From NCBI GenBank assembly GCA_023247235.1, contig JAHFGW010000001.1:64586-128114 (forward strand): a stretch of 63,529 nt of DNA, read 5' to 3'. This document shows positions 1 through 10,591 of the stretch, in pieces. The position numbers and the translations under genes were made by a program. Below the pieces are notes generated by a model. The model searched no databases. It saw nothing but the letters and a program-made list of their open reading frames with translations, and had not been told where the DNA came from. Position 1 is the stretch's first letter. Every line of letters begins with the position of its first letter. Origin of the DNA: Candidatus Omnitrophota bacterium. Its GTDB lineage: Bacteria; Omnitrophota; Gorgyraeia; Aquiviventales; Aquiviventaceae.

Positions 1-636
<636 letters not shown>

Positions 637-1859
637 AGGTGGCTCGTAGGCGGGGTCAATAGCCCGGTGCGCGCCTTCCGCCACACCGGCGGCTCTCCCG
701 TGCTCCTTGCCGCCAGCGGCGGGGCCTCCGTCATTGATGTCCAGGGGCGCCGCTATACCGATTTCATTATGGGCTGGGGCGCGTCGATCCTCGGGCATCG
801 GCCGGCGGTCGTCTGCGCGGCCCTGGCGCGGACGCTGCGCCAGACGCTGCTGCCTGGCCTGACGCATCCGCTGGAAATTGAGCTGGCGCGGCGAATCGGG
901 GAGGCGGTGCCGAGCGTGGAGCAGGTCCGGTTCACCACCTCGGGAACCGAAGCCTGCCTGACCGCGGTTCGGCTGGCGCGGGGCATCACGCGCCGGGCAA
1001 AGATCCTCATGTTTGATGGCGGGTATCACGGGCACGGAGAGAGCCTGATCGGACACCACGGCGCCGGGACCCCGGGGGCGCTGGCGGCCGAGACGCTGCG
1101 AGCGCCGTATAACGACTTGCTCGCGGCGAAGCGCATCATGGCGAGGCACGGCGGTGAGCTCGCATGCATCATCCTCGAGCCGGTGACCGCGAATGTCGGC
1201 GTGATCGCGCCGACCGCCGGATATCTGCGGGGGCTCCGCGATCTGGCGAGCCGCGATGGCGCGCTCCTGATCTTCGATGAAGTGGTCACCGGATTCCGGC
1301 TCGCGCGTGGAGGGGCTCAGGCGCTGTATGGCGTGACCCCGGATCTGACGACGTTTGGCAAAATCATCGGTGGAGGGCTGCCGATCGGGGCGCTGGGCGG
1401 GCCACGGGACCTGATGCGCCATCTGGCCCCGGAAGGCCATGTCTTCCACGCGGGTACCTTCGCCGGACATCCTCTGGCGATGGCCGCCGGCATCGCCACG
1501 CTGGATCAGCTCCGCGCCCGTGCCCCGTATGGGCGGCTGGAGCAGGCCGGCGCGCGGTTGACCCGCGCGCTGGCCAAGGCCGCCCGAGCGGCCGGCGTGC
1601 CGATTCAAATCAACCGCGTCGGCTCGATGATGACGGTCTTCTTCACTGACCGTCCCGTCCGAAACGCGGCGGATGCCCGCGCGACTCGCCGTGAGGCGTT
1701 CGCCCAATGGGCGCAGACGCTGCGCAGCCATGGCATCCTGATTCCGCCGTCGCCGTTTGAAGCGCTGTTCTTGTCGACGGCGCATACCGCTGGGGAGTTG
1801 GACCGGTTTGTCCGCGTCTCGAGCGCGGCGTTTCAGGCCCTTCGCCACACCGAGGGCCC

Positions 1860-2534
1860 ATGAGCCGAAACAACCACCGAGCCAATCATCGCCTGAGCAA
1901 GTCGCGCGGCATCCCGGAGGCCTGCGTGGGGCGCCTGTCGCTGTATGTCCGCGAGTTGGCCCGTTTGGGCGCGCGGCGGATCGGGTTTGTCTCATCGCGG
2001 CGCCTGGCGGAGCAGCTTGGGCTGACGGATGCTCAGGTGCGGCGCGACCTGAGCTATTTCGGGCAGTTCGGCACCAGCGGCCGCGGCTATGAAGTGCAGC
2101 GATTGCAGGAACGGCTCAACGGTATCTTGGGCGTGTCCGGACGGACGTGGCACGCCGCGCTTGCCGGCGTCGGCAATTTGGGCTCGGCGCTGCTCGCGTA
2201 CCGCGGCTTTCAGGAGCGCGGGTTCATGTTCCGGGTGGCGGTCGATACGGATGCCCAAAAGGTCGGCCGCACCGTCCGAGGGCTTGTCGTGGCTCCGGTG
2301 GAGCAGCTCCCGGACTTGATCCGGCGGCACCACATTCAGATCGGCGTGCTGGCCGTGCCGGTGGAAGCGGCACAAGCCGTCTGTGAGCAGTTTGTGCACG
2401 CGGGGGTGCGGGCCATTGTGAATTTTGCCCCCGTGCGCCTTGAGGTGCCCCCCTCGGTGCGCCTGCGCGCGGTGGATTTGGCGATTGAGTTGGAAACCTT
2501 GGCCTTCTATCTGGCCCGTTCGCATGCTCACTGA
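1860..2534 (+). CDS. rex: redox-sensing transcriptional repressor Rex
   Basis: N-terminal winged helix (RLSLYVRELARL, SSRRLAEQLGLTDAQVRRDLSYFG) plus a Rossmann domain (GVGNLGSALL). ATGA overlap with the hemL stop. Confidence 0.9.
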   Translation: MSRNNHRANHRLSKSRGIPEACVGRLSLYVRELARLGARRIGFVSSRRLAEQLGLTDAQVRRDLSYFGQFGTSGRGYEVQRLQERLNGILGVSGRTWHAALAGVGNLGSALLAYRGFQERGFMFRVAVDTDAQKVGRTVRGLVVAPVEQLPDLIRRHHIQIGVLAVPVEAAQAVCEQFVHAGVRAIVNFAPVRLEVPPSVRLRAVDLAIELETLAFYLARSHAH

Positions 2535-3303
2535 GATTGAGTCCCCGCCTGCGGCCGCCGCTCCTCCGACGCCGGCCGCGCCGGCCCCAGAGGACAAGCG
2601 GCGCTATGTGCACCGCCTCTTCACGCAGATCGCCCCGCGCTACGACTGGTTCAATCGATTGGGAAGCTTCGGATTGGACCGGCGCTGGCGCCGTGCGGCG
2701 GTGGCGCAGGCCGGATTGGGAGCCGGACACCGCGTGCTCGATGTGTGCGCCGGCACCGGTGACGTGAGTCTGTTGGCGGCCCGCAGGCATCCGGAGGTCG
2801 GCATGATCGTCGGCCTCGATTTTACCGCCGCGATGCTGTCGCTCGCACAGGTGAAACAACGGCGCGCCGGGGCCGCGGTGAGCTGGGTGCAAGGGGATGC
2901 GCAAGCGCTGCCCTTTAAGGGCGCCACGTTTGATCGTGTCTTGATCGGATTCTCGACTAGGAACCTGAGCGATCTCGACGGCGGGCTGCGGGAACTCGTT
3001 CGGGTCCTGCGGCCCGGCGGCCGGCTGGTGATTTTGGAGACGGGCTATCCGCGCCACCCCCTCGTGCGCGCCGGCTACCAAGCCTTCCTGTTCACGGTCG
3101 CCAGGACCATTGGGTTTCTGCTGACCGGACGGTGCTGGCCCTTCAGTTATCTGGCGCGCTCCGTGCGCCAATTCCTGACGCCGACCCAGATGCTGGAACG
3201 GCTCGCGGCCTGCGCCACCCAGGCGCGCTATCAGCCCTTGTCGTTCGGTTTGGCCAGCCTCTACATCGCGACGAAACGGACCGGCGATGCGCGACACGCC
3301 TGA
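2524..3303 (+). CDS. ubiE: demethylmenaquinone/ubiquinone C-methyltransferase
   Basis: YDWFNRLGSFGLDRRWRR and VLDVCAGTGD SAM motifs. I chose the internal ATG at 2524 of ORF 2425..3303, which overlaps the rex end by 11 nt. Confidence 0.85.
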   Translation: MLTEIESPPAAAAPPTPAAPAPEDKRRYVHRLFTQIAPRYDWFNRLGSFGLDRRWRRAAVAQAGLGAGHRVLDVCAGTGDVSLLAARRHPEVGMIVGLDFTAAMLSLAQVKQRRAGAAVSWVQGDAQALPFKGATFDRVLIGFSTRNLSDLDGGLRELVRVLRPGGRLVILETGYPRHPLVRAGYQAFLFTVARTIGFLLTGRCWPFSYLARSVRQFLTPTQMLERLAACATQARYQPLSFGLASLYIATKRTGDARHA

Positions 3304-4267
3304 TCTGGCGCTCGTGCTGCGGCCGATCCGGGCGGACCTGGCGGCGGTCGTGCGCCGGATCCTGCAGGAGCTGCGCGACCCGGTGGCCCGACGCGTCGCC
3401 TACTTGGTGACGGCGGGCGGCAAACGATTGCGGCCGGGCTTGGTGCTGCTGTCGGGGTTGCGCGGACCGTCACCTGATCGGCGGGCGCTGCGTGATGCGG
3501 CCGCGGCCGTGGAGATGATCCACACGGCAACGCTGATCCATGATGACATCGTGGACTCGGCGACGACGCGGCGCCAGCGGCCCGCGTTTCACCGCCGCTG
3601 GGGCGCCGAGCGGGCGGTCCTCACCGGCGATTACCTGTACGCGAGCGCGTTTTCCCTCTTAGCGCGCTTGCGGCAGGCGGATCCCCTGCGTATCATGGCG
3701 GACGTATGCCAACAGCTCTCCCGCGGCGAACTCTTGGAAGTCGAAGCCCGCTACCGCTTGGATTTGAGCGAGGCCGAATACTTCGACATCATCCGGGACA
3801 AGACCGCGTCGTTGATTGCCGGCTGCTGCCAGATCGGCGCGTCGCTGTCAGGGGCCAGCCCGCGGATACTGCGGCGATTGGGGGAATTCGGCCTGAATTT
3901 CGGCATGGCGTTTCAAATCGTGGATGACTGCCTCGACTTGACCGGCGATCCCCGGCGGCTCGGCAAGTCGATCCTCGCGGACTTGGACAAGGGCGCGCTG
4001 TCCTTGCCGATTATCTACCTGGCGCAGACCCTGAGCCTGCGGCAGCGGCGAACGCTGTTCGAGCCGCTGCGGCGGCGCGCAACCGATCCCGCCTCGTTGG
4101 CGAAGATCGCGACCGCCGCCCATGCCTCCGGGTCGCTGGGACAGGCGATGCGGCGCGCCGAACAGTTTGCGGAGCGGGCGCAGGCGTGCATCGCCCAGGC
4201 GGGCGTGGACGGATTCGGGCAGACGTATCAAGAGTTGGCGCGGTATGCGCTGGTGCGCGGCGAATGA
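3287..4267 (+). CDS. trans-polyprenyl diphosphate synthase (hepta/octaprenyl type)
   Basis: Two aspartate-rich motifs (IHDDIVD, VDDCLD) in a 326-aa ORF next to ubiE. Confidence 0.88.
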   Translation: MRDTPDLALVLRPIRADLAAVVRRILQELRDPVARRVAYLVTAGGKRLRPGLVLLSGLRGPSPDRRALRDAAAAVEMIHTATLIHDDIVDSATTRRQRPAFHRRWGAERAVLTGDYLYASAFSLLARLRQADPLRIMADVCQQLSRGELLEVEARYRLDLSEAEYFDIIRDKTASLIAGCCQIGASLSGASPRILRRLGEFGLNFGMAFQIVDDCLDLTGDPRRLGKSILADLDKGALSLPIIYLAQTLSLRQRRTLFEPLRRRATDPASLAKIATAAHASGSLGQAMRRAEQFAERAQACIAQAGVDGFGQTYQELARYALVRGE

Positions 4268-4286
4268 ACGAGCGAGGGAACTAACC

Positions 4287-4439
4287 ATGGGACGTATCGG
4301 CTGGCCGGAATTGCTGGTGATTCTTGTTATTGTCCTGCTGCTGGTGGGGACGCGCCGGCTGCCGGAGATCGGGCGTTCCCTCGGCGAAGCGATTCGAGAG
4401 TTTCAGCGAGCCATGCGCGGCGGATCGCGCAAGCGATAA
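4287..4439 (+). CDS. tatA: twin-arginine translocase subunit TatA/E
   Basis: 50-aa product [43 protein letters not shown], a typical TatA TM segment plus amphipathic helix. It uses an internal ATG of ORF 4122..4439. Confidence 0.85.
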   Translation: MGRIGWPELLVILVIVLLLVGTRRLPEIGRSLGEAIREFQRAMRGGSRKR

Positions 4440-4461
4440 CAGTAAGGGCGGTTCAGACGCG

Positions 4462-5022
4462 ATGAACGGCACAGGCACCACGCAGGCCCCGGCGGAGAGG
4501 CCGCCGGCGAAGATGGATCTCTGGCGCCGGCTTGACGAGCGGCTCGGCCGCCGGCAGTTTCTGCTCAAGGCGGGATGGGCATGTTTCTGGGCCTTCCTTG
4601 GCGGGTGGCTGCTCTCCAATCTGCGGTATCTCTTCCCGAATGTCCTCTATGAGCCGACGCTCACGTTCAAGGCCGGCCAGCCTGATGAGTATCCGCTGGG
4701 GGTCAGCACGAAGTGGAAAAAGACCAATCGAGTGTGGATCATCCGAGAGCCGGCCGGCTTCTACGCCTTCTGGGCGCGGTGCACGCATCTGGGCTGCACG
4801 CCGAACTGGTTTGACGCGGAGCAGCGATTCAAGTGCCCCTGCCACGGATCCAACTTCAATACGGAAGGCGATGTGATTGCGGGCCCCGCGCCGAAGCCGC
4901 TCTGGCGCTGCGCGATTCGGCTGGCGGACGATGGCCAGATCCTCATTGACAAGGCCCGCCTGGAAAACCGGCCCGACGCGCGGCGCAAAGGGGACTTCTT
5001 CCTGCCGTACCATTCGGCATGA
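4462..5022 (+). CDS. Rieske [2Fe-2S] subunit of a cytochrome bc-type complex (Tat signal RRQFLLKAG)
   Basis: CTHLGC...CPCHGS cluster-binding boxes. Start taken at MNGTG within ORF 4324..5022. Confidence 0.88.
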   Translation: MNGTGTTQAPAERPPAKMDLWRRLDERLGRRQFLLKAGWACFWAFLGGWLLSNLRYLFPNVLYEPTLTFKAGQPDEYPLGVSTKWKKTNRVWIIREPAGFYAFWARCTHLGCTPNWFDAEQRFKCPCHGSNFNTEGDVIAGPAPKPLWRCAIRLADDGQILIDKARLENRPDARRKGDFFLPYHSA

Positions 5023-5037
5023 CGAGGCGACCACGGC

Positions 5038-6858
5038 ATGCCTGAGCCAGCGCCACCGCGATTCTCGATCAAGCCGTACCTGAAGAAGACCAAGCTCTGG
5101 AAGTCGATCTTCCGGCACGACTTCACGGACAGCCCCCGGACGCGCTTGCAGCGCGTCTTCGGCAACGTCTTCCTCCATCTCCATCCGGTGCGCGTGCCCA
5201 AGGACGCCTTGCGGATTCCGTATACGTGGGGCCTGGGCGGCCTCTCCTTCTACCTGTTCCTCGTGCTCACCGTCACGGGCATCCTGCTGATGTTCTATTA
5301 CCGGCCGGCCAGCTCGCTGGCGTACCAAGACATGAAGGACCTCTCCTTCGCCGTGACCCTGGGACGCCTGCTGCGCAATATGCACCGCTGGGCCGCGCAC
5401 CTCATGGTGGTGGCGGTGATCCTGCATATGGTGCGCGTCTTCCTCACCGGGGCCTATAAGCCGCCGCGCGAGTATAACTGGGTGATCGGAGTCCTGCTGC
5501 TTGTCATGACGCTCTTCCTGAGCTACACGGGCTACCTCTTGCCGTGGGATCAGCTGGCGCTCTGGGCGGTCACCGTGGGCGCGCAGATGGCGGCCAACTC
5601 GCCGCTGTTGGGCAATGAAGGGCCATTTCGCCTGCCGTTCATCACGACGGCCAACGATGCCAGGTTTGTGCTGATCGGCGGCACGGTGATCGGAGATGCC
5701 ACGCTGATCCGCTTCTACGTGCTGCATTGCGTGGCCGTCCCGTTCATCTTCGCGATCTTCTTGTCGGTGCACTTCTGGCGGGTCCGCAAGGACAGCTTTT
5801 CGAAACAGACCGGGGACAAGGTGGATGTGTGGCCGCATCTGGTGTCGCGCGAGCTGCTGGCGGCGCTGCTCATGACCGTGATTCTCTTTGTCTGGTCGAT
5901 CCTGATGAATGCGCCGCTGGAAGGCGTGGCCAACCTCAATGTCACGCCGAACCCGTCAAAGGCGCCGTGGTATTTCGTCGGGCTGCAGGAGCTCCTGGTC
6001 TATTTTGATCCGTGGATCGCAGGGGTGGTGCTCCCGACGCTGATCGTGGTCGGGCTCATGGCGATCCCGTACGTGGATCTCAACCCGCAGGGCGTGGGTC
6101 GGTGGCCGAAGATCGGCTGGAAGCGTCTCGGCCCGATCGCCATGCCTTCGCCGAAGGAACGCGCGTTCGCCGTCAACGTTTTCATGCTCGGCACGATCAT
6201 GTGGTTCGTGCTGATCTTCATCGGAGCCTATGATCGCGGGCCCAACTGGGAGTGGTACTGGCCGTGGGAAACCTGGAGCCATCGGCGCATGACGAAGCTG
6301 ACGCTGAAAAACATCCCCAACCTCTGGGGGTTGCTCCTGCTGGCCAGCTACTTCGCATTGGGATCGCCCATTCCCAAGCGGATCAAGGCATGGCTGGCGG
6401 CCCGGGGGGGGGCCAAGGCCCCGGCAGCCGCCTCGGCCGCGCTGCACACGGGCCTTGGCTTGGCGATCGCAGGGGCGGTCCTCATTCCGTTGCTGATCAG
6501 CCCGGATCCCGCGTACCCGAATGGAAGCCGGTATCCCACGCTGTTGGAGGCGCTGGGCCGCTCGCAGAATGCGCCGATCGTCCACGGCATGTTTCGCGTG
6601 GTGCAGACGCTTGGGCCCCTCATGGGGTACGTGGTGAATGCCGGGCTGATTGTGCTGGCGGGATTGACGCTTGCGTGGCTGGGCGTCCAATTCGGCCGCT
6701 TCAAGGACCGCCGGTACGAAGAATTGGGGCCGATCAAGTACGCGATTGTCATGGGGTTGCTCCTGATGATGATGGGCGTGCTGGGCAAGATCGGCCTGCG
6801 CCTGCTCTTCGGGATCAAGTACATCCTCAGCTTTCCCGGCGTCAACCTGAACATCTGA
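5038..6858 (+). CDS. cytochrome b, fused b6-like plus subunit-IV-like, with a long extra C-terminal membrane domain (606 aa)
   Basis: Haem-ligand helices ([22 protein letters not shown]) and the PWDQ quinol-site motif, with several additional hydrophobic segments after about residue 400. Confidence 0.88.
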   Translation: MPEPAPPRFSIKPYLKKTKLWKSIFRHDFTDSPRTRLQRVFGNVFLHLHPVRVPKDALRIPYTWGLGGLSFYLFLVLTVTGILLMFYYRPASSLAYQDMKDLSFAVTLGRLLRNMHRWAAHLMVVAVILHMVRVFLTGAYKPPREYNWVIGVLLLVMTLFLSYTGYLLPWDQLALWAVTVGAQMAANSPLLGNEGPFRLPFITTANDARFVLIGGTVIGDATLIRFYVLHCVAVPFIFAIFLSVHFWRVRKDSFSKQTGDKVDVWPHLVSRELLAALLMTVILFVWSILMNAPLEGVANLNVTPNPSKAPWYFVGLQELLVYFDPWIAGVVLPTLIVVGLMAIPYVDLNPQGVGRWPKIGWKRLGPIAMPSPKERAFAVNVFMLGTIMWFVLIFIGAYDRGPNWEWYWPWETWSHRRMTKLTLKNIPNLWGLLLLASYFALGSPIPKRIKAWLAARGGAKAPAAASAALHTGLGLAIAGAVLIPLLISPDPAYPNGSRYPTLLEALGRSQNAPIVHGMFRVVQTLGPLMGYVVNAGLIVLAGLTLAWLGVQFGRFKDRRYEELGPIKYAIVMGLLLMMMGVLGKIGLRLLFGIKYILSFPGVNLNI

Positions 6859-6861
6859 CAG

Positions 6862-8133
6862 GTGATGAAGCGAGTCATCTTCGTTCTGTTGAGCGGCGCG
6901 CTGGTGGCGCTGTTTATGCTCGCGATGTGGCAGGACACGACGCGCGAGTGGACGCATCCCCAGCAGGCGTTTCGCAACACGCTGGCGAAAGAGGAGCGGT
7001 CAGGCCTGCACCCGGGGATTCACCAGATGATCCTGGCGGACCTCAACCGCGTGGACCGGTGCACGACCTGTCACGTGGCGATCGATAAGCCGCAACTGGC
7101 GCTGGCCGAGGAGCCGTTCACGGCGCATCCGGGCCGGTTCCTTGAGTGGCATCCGCCGGAGCGGTTTGGCTGCACGGTGTGCCATGGCGGCCAAGGGTTG
7201 GCGACCGAGGTGAAGGCTGCGCACGGCGACGTGCCGCACTGGGAAGAGCCCCTGCTGCGCGGCTCCCTTGTGCAGGCGTCATGCTATCAGTGCCATGGGG
7301 ACCTCGCCCCGATCGCGGCCTACGCGCCACAGCTGGTTCGCGGCAAGGCGCTGTTTGAGGCCAAGGGATGCTACGGCTGCCACACGATCAAGGCGTTCGG
7401 GCATGAGTTCGGCGGCACGATCTCACAGGATCTCAGCGACATCGGCGCGAAGCCCTACGAATTGATCAAGGCTGACTTCGAGATGTTGGAGGAGCCTCAT
7501 ACCCGGATCCATTGGCTCTTGCGCAAGCTGGCGCATCCGCGGGCGCTGAACCCCGGCTCCCGGCCCGAGGAGTTGCCGCCGGGGGAGGAAGAAGTCTTTC
7601 CCAGCGCGATGCCGCATTTCGGATTAGCGCCCGATGAAGCTGAAGCGATCACGACGTACCTGCTGAGTCTGCGGGGCCTCGACCTGCCGTCTTCGTACGT
7701 CAGGCCGCCGAAGGAGGCCCCGCAGCCTGTCTACGCGTCGGTGGTCGAGCGGGGCCGGGCGATGTTTGAGAAATTCGGCTGTAACGGCTGCCATGGCGCC
7801 GGCGGCGCGGGGGGGCGCAGGAACTGGAACGCGGGACTTGGGCAGGAAGTGCCCTCGCTGCTCTACGTGAAGGCGTATTATGGCAATCGAATCGACGCGC
7901 TCAAAGACCTGATCCGTGACGGCCGGCAGCCGGCCCCGCGGGCTGATCCAACCCGGCCGTTTCCCTCGCTGTACATGCCGTCATGGAAGGGACGCATCCC
8001 GGAGGGGGACTTGGACGCGCTCACGGCCTATCTGTTTTCGCTGCATGACCAGTTGCCCGCGCAGCCGGCGATGGTGAGTGGCGCGGCCCAGGCCGCGGCG
8101 AGCGACGCGCCTCCTGAGGCGCCAGCTCCCTGA
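6862..8133 (+). CDS. membrane-anchored pentahaem c-type cytochrome
   Basis: Five CxxCH motifs (CTTCH, CTVCH, CYQCH, CYGCH, CNGCH) and an N-terminal TM helix. It lies directly downstream of cytochrome b. The start is GTG 6862 or ATG 6865. Confidence 0.85.
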   Translation: MMKRVIFVLLSGALVALFMLAMWQDTTREWTHPQQAFRNTLAKEERSGLHPGIHQMILADLNRVDRCTTCHVAIDKPQLALAEEPFTAHPGRFLEWHPPERFGCTVCHGGQGLATEVKAAHGDVPHWEEPLLRGSLVQASCYQCHGDLAPIAAYAPQLVRGKALFEAKGCYGCHTIKAFGHEFGGTISQDLSDIGAKPYELIKADFEMLEEPHTRIHWLLRKLAHPRALNPGSRPEELPPGEEEVFPSAMPHFGLAPDEAEAITTYLLSLRGLDLPSSYVRPPKEAPQPVYASVVERGRAMFEKFGCNGCHGAGGAGGRRNWNAGLGQEVPSLLYVKAYYGNRIDALKDLIRDGRQPAPRADPTRPFPSLYMPSWKGRIPEGDLDALTAYLFSLHDQLPAQPAMVSGAAQAAASDAPPEAPAP

Positions 8134-8135
8134 CC

Positions 8136-9224
8136 ATGCGCGAGCGAGTGGTGGTGGCGATGAGCGGCGGCGTGGACAGCTCAGTCGCGGCCGCGTTGCT
8201 GCATCAACAGGGCTTCGACGTGATCGGGATGACCCTGGAGCTCTGGGGCCGCGATGTCTGCGCCTCGGCCGGCAGCCGCCTGTGCTGCTCGGTCCGGGAT
8301 ACGCTCGATGCGCGGGCCGTGGCGGGGCGCCTGGGCATTCGGCACGAGAAGCTCGACCTGGCCGCGACATTCCGCGCGACGGTCATTGACTATTTTGTCT
8401 CCAGCTATCGAGACGGCCTGACCCCGAATCCCTGCATCGCGTGCAACGACCACATCAAATTCGGCGCGCTGCTGGACCATGCTCGGGCGCTCGGGGCCGA
8501 GCGCGTGGCGACAGGCCACTATGCGCGCACCGACGTGGACCAGGTGACTGGACGTCATCGATTGCGGCGCGGGCTGGCCCCGGACAAAGATCAGTCCTAT
8601 GTCCTGTTTGGCCTGAGCCAAGCGCAGCTGGCGCGGACCCTGTTTCCGGTTGGCGACTTGAACAAGGCCGAGGTCCGCGCGCAGGCGCGCGAGCTGGGCC
8701 TGGTGACGGCGGATAAGCCGGACAGCCAGGACGTCTGCTTCATCCGTGACCGCAATAAGGATGGCTTTCTGCGGCGCGAGCTGCATGTGACGGATGAGCC
8801 GGGACCGATCATGGATAGCGCCGGCCGTGTGCTGGGCTCGCACCGCGGCCTGTTAGGCTACACGATTGGCCAGCGCGAAGGCTTGGGCGTGGCGGCCGGG
8901 CGCCCCCTCTACGTGCTGGCGTTTGATCGGCCCAATAACCGGCTGATCGTCGGCTCGCGCGAAGAGCTGCTCCAAGCGACCTGTACCGCTGAACGCGTGA
9001 ATTGGGTGTCGGTGGCTCCGCCCGTTGCCCCGCGCCAGGCGCGCGTCAAAATCCGCTCGCGGCACGAGGCGGCGCCGGCCACCTTGCTGCCCCTGGGGGC
9101 GGGGCGCGTGCGCGTGGAGTTTGAGGAGCCTCAGTCGGCGATCACGCCGGGCCAGGCCGCGGTCTTTTATGAGGGGGACCTGGTGCTGGGCGGGGGATGG
9201 ATTGCGGCGGAGGAGGCCCAATGA
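8136..9224 (+). CDS. mnmA: tRNA-specific 2-thiouridylase
   Basis: PP-loop VAMSGGVDSSVAA, catalytic Cys region NPCIACND, 362 aa. Confidence 0.92.
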   Translation: MRERVVVAMSGGVDSSVAAALLHQQGFDVIGMTLELWGRDVCASAGSRLCCSVRDTLDARAVAGRLGIRHEKLDLAATFRATVIDYFVSSYRDGLTPNPCIACNDHIKFGALLDHARALGAERVATGHYARTDVDQVTGRHRLRRGLAPDKDQSYVLFGLSQAQLARTLFPVGDLNKAEVRAQARELGLVTADKPDSQDVCFIRDRNKDGFLRRELHVTDEPGPIMDSAGRVLGSHRGLLGYTIGQREGLGVAAGRPLYVLAFDRPNNRLIVGSREELLQATCTAERVNWVSVAPPVAPRQARVKIRSRHEAAPATLLPLGAGRVRVEFEEPQSAITPGQAAVFYEGDLVLGGGWIAAEEAQ

Positions 9225-10075
9225 AGCCGTGCTCGATCGCACCAGCACGGACGACGGATGCCACGCTGGCGCGCATCCGGGAGCGGTTCCGGGGATTAGA
9301 CAAGGTCCTTGTCGCGTACTCGGGTGGCGTCGACTCCACGTTGCTTGCCTATGTGGCTCGCATGATACTTGGCCCCCAACGCGTCCTGGCGGTGACGGCG
9401 GACTCTCCCTCGATTGCGCGCGCCGACCTGGCCGAGGCCGTTCAGGTTGCGGACCTGCTTGGGGTGCCGCATGAGGTCATCGCGACGAGCGAGGTGTCAC
9501 GCCAGGCCTATCGAGCGAACACGGCGGCCCGCTGCTATTGGTGCAAGTCAGAGCTGTTCGAGCGGCTCGACGAGCTGGCGCAGATGCGGCAGTTCGACGC
9601 CGTTCTCTATGGCGCGATCGGGGATGATCGGCTCCAGGAGCGGCCGGGACAGCGCGCGGCCTTGGAGCATCGCGTGCGCGCGCCGCTACAGGAGGCGGGG
9701 TTGAGCAAGGCGGAGATTCGAGACCTCGCGCGCCGCCTGGGGGTCCCCAACTGGGACCGCCCTCAGAATGCCTGCCTGGCTTCGCGCATCCCGCACGGAA
9801 GCGAAGTGACGGAGGCGAAGCTCGGCCAGGTGGAGCAAGCGGAGGCCTTCTTGCGCAGTCACGGGTTCGTGCAGGTTCGCGTGCGGCACCTGGGGTTGCG
9901 GGCACGCATCGAGGTTGAGCCTGAGGGCGTCGCGCGCTTCACGGACGTCGAGCTGCGACGCCAGGTCGGCCGCGCGCTGCGGGGTTTGGGATTCGACATG
10001 ATCGAGGTGGATCGTGGCGGCTACCGGCCCGGCGGCGCCAACGATGTTCCAGGAGCGCCTCCACTTGTCCTGTGA
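9221..10075 (+). CDS. LarE-like PP-loop ATP pyrophosphatase (TIGR00268-type sulfur transferase family)
   Basis: VAYSGGVDSTLLA PP-loop and ACLASRIP motif. ATG 9221 forms an ATGA overlap with the mnmA stop. Confidence 0.75.
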   Translation: MKPCSIAPARTTDATLARIRERFRGLDKVLVAYSGGVDSTLLAYVARMILGPQRVLAVTADSPSIARADLAEAVQVADLLGVPHEVIATSEVSRQAYRANTAARCYWCKSELFERLDELAQMRQFDAVLYGAIGDDRLQERPGQRAALEHRVRAPLQEAGLSKAEIRDLARRLGVPNWDRPQNACLASRIPHGSEVTEAKLGQVEQAEAFLRSHGFVQVRVRHLGLRARIEVEPEGVARFTDVELRRQVGRALRGLGFDMIEVDRGGYRPGGANDVPGAPPLVL

Positions 10076-10120
10076 AGGTTTGTGGAAGGTGCGGGGTGAA
10101 AGGTGTAGGGTGAAGGGTCG
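10072..10120 (+). repeat. single-armed heptamer array H2 (AAGGTGC GGGGTGA AAGGTGT AGGGTGA AGGGTCG)
   Basis: A GGTG core recurs every 7 nt immediately after the larE-like stop. I found no complementary array downstream. Confidence 0.55.
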
Positions 10121-10150
10121 ACAGAACAAACATGGAAGACGCCTCCGTTA

Positions 10151-10200
10151 AGGAAAGGGATGGTTCTCCAGGAAGGGAAAACTTCGTTTTCCCTTCCTGG
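10151..10200 (+). repeat. AGGAAAGGGATGGTT box followed by a perfect hairpin CCAGGAAGGGAAAAC-TTC-GTTTTCCCTTCCTGG
   Basis: 15-bp perfect stem read from the sequence. A near-identical copy lies at 17594-17640 and a variant palindrome at 17732-17759. Confidence 0.8.
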
Positions 10201-10259
10201 ATTAAGTCAGCGATTGAGATGAGCAGAGATTCCTTTCAGACCGACTGATGGTGCGACAC

Positions 10260-10332
10260 GGCGGTGTAGCTCAGTTGGCAGAGCAGCGGACTCATAAGCC
10301 GCGGGTCACAGGTTCGAATCCTGTCACCGCCA
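10260..10332 (+). tRNA. tRNA-Met (anticodon CAT, elongator-like); CCA not encoded
   Basis: Hand-folded cloverleaf GGCGGTG/TA/GCTC-AGTTGGCA-GAGC/A/GCGGA-CTCATAA-GCCGC(one mismatch)/GGGTC/ACAGG-TTCGAAT-CCTGT/CACCGCC/A. The T arm and variable loop resemble elongator Met. An Ile2 (lysidine) identity cannot be excluded by eye. Confidence 0.85.
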
Positions 10333-10591
10333 TCTCTCACAAGCAGACAGGGTTCAAAGGCCGAGCGCCCGTCGCGCTCGGTGCAGCAGCCACAGCCAGT
10401 GTGGCTGCGGAATGCCGACCGGGCTGGCGGTCGGCCTTTCCGCGCCTGCCACGATGGCAGGCGCTTCATGAGCCGCAGAGCATGAGCCTGGCCACATGGG
10501 TGGCGCCGATCCTTCGCTTCGCTTCGCTCGCTCAGGATCGTGGTGAGCGAGGCCGAAGGCCGAGTCGAACCACGAATCCTGTCACCGCCAT
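10333..10591 (+). other. 239-nt hairpin-rich insert bounded by a 19-nt direct repeat of the tRNA-Met 3' end (10315-10333 = 10573-10591)
   Basis: CGAATCCTGTCACCGCCAT occurs twice. Between the copies are GC-rich hairpins at 10361-10381, 10387-10407, 10414-10435 and 10442-10464, plus a CTTCG/GAGCGAG hairpin near 10515-10558. Confidence 0.7.

Noticed and set aside
10243-10257. Reverse complement GTCGCACCA of the tRNA-leader motif as an inverted tRNA 3' end
   Set aside because: The CCA-like ending is present in only two of the three copies, and no further tRNA-like sequence accompanies it.
10248-10589. N-terminal 114 codons of ORF 10248..11144
   Set aside because: They overlap tRNA-Met and the hairpin chain. 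A signal-peptide-like start at ATG 10590 is a better gene model.
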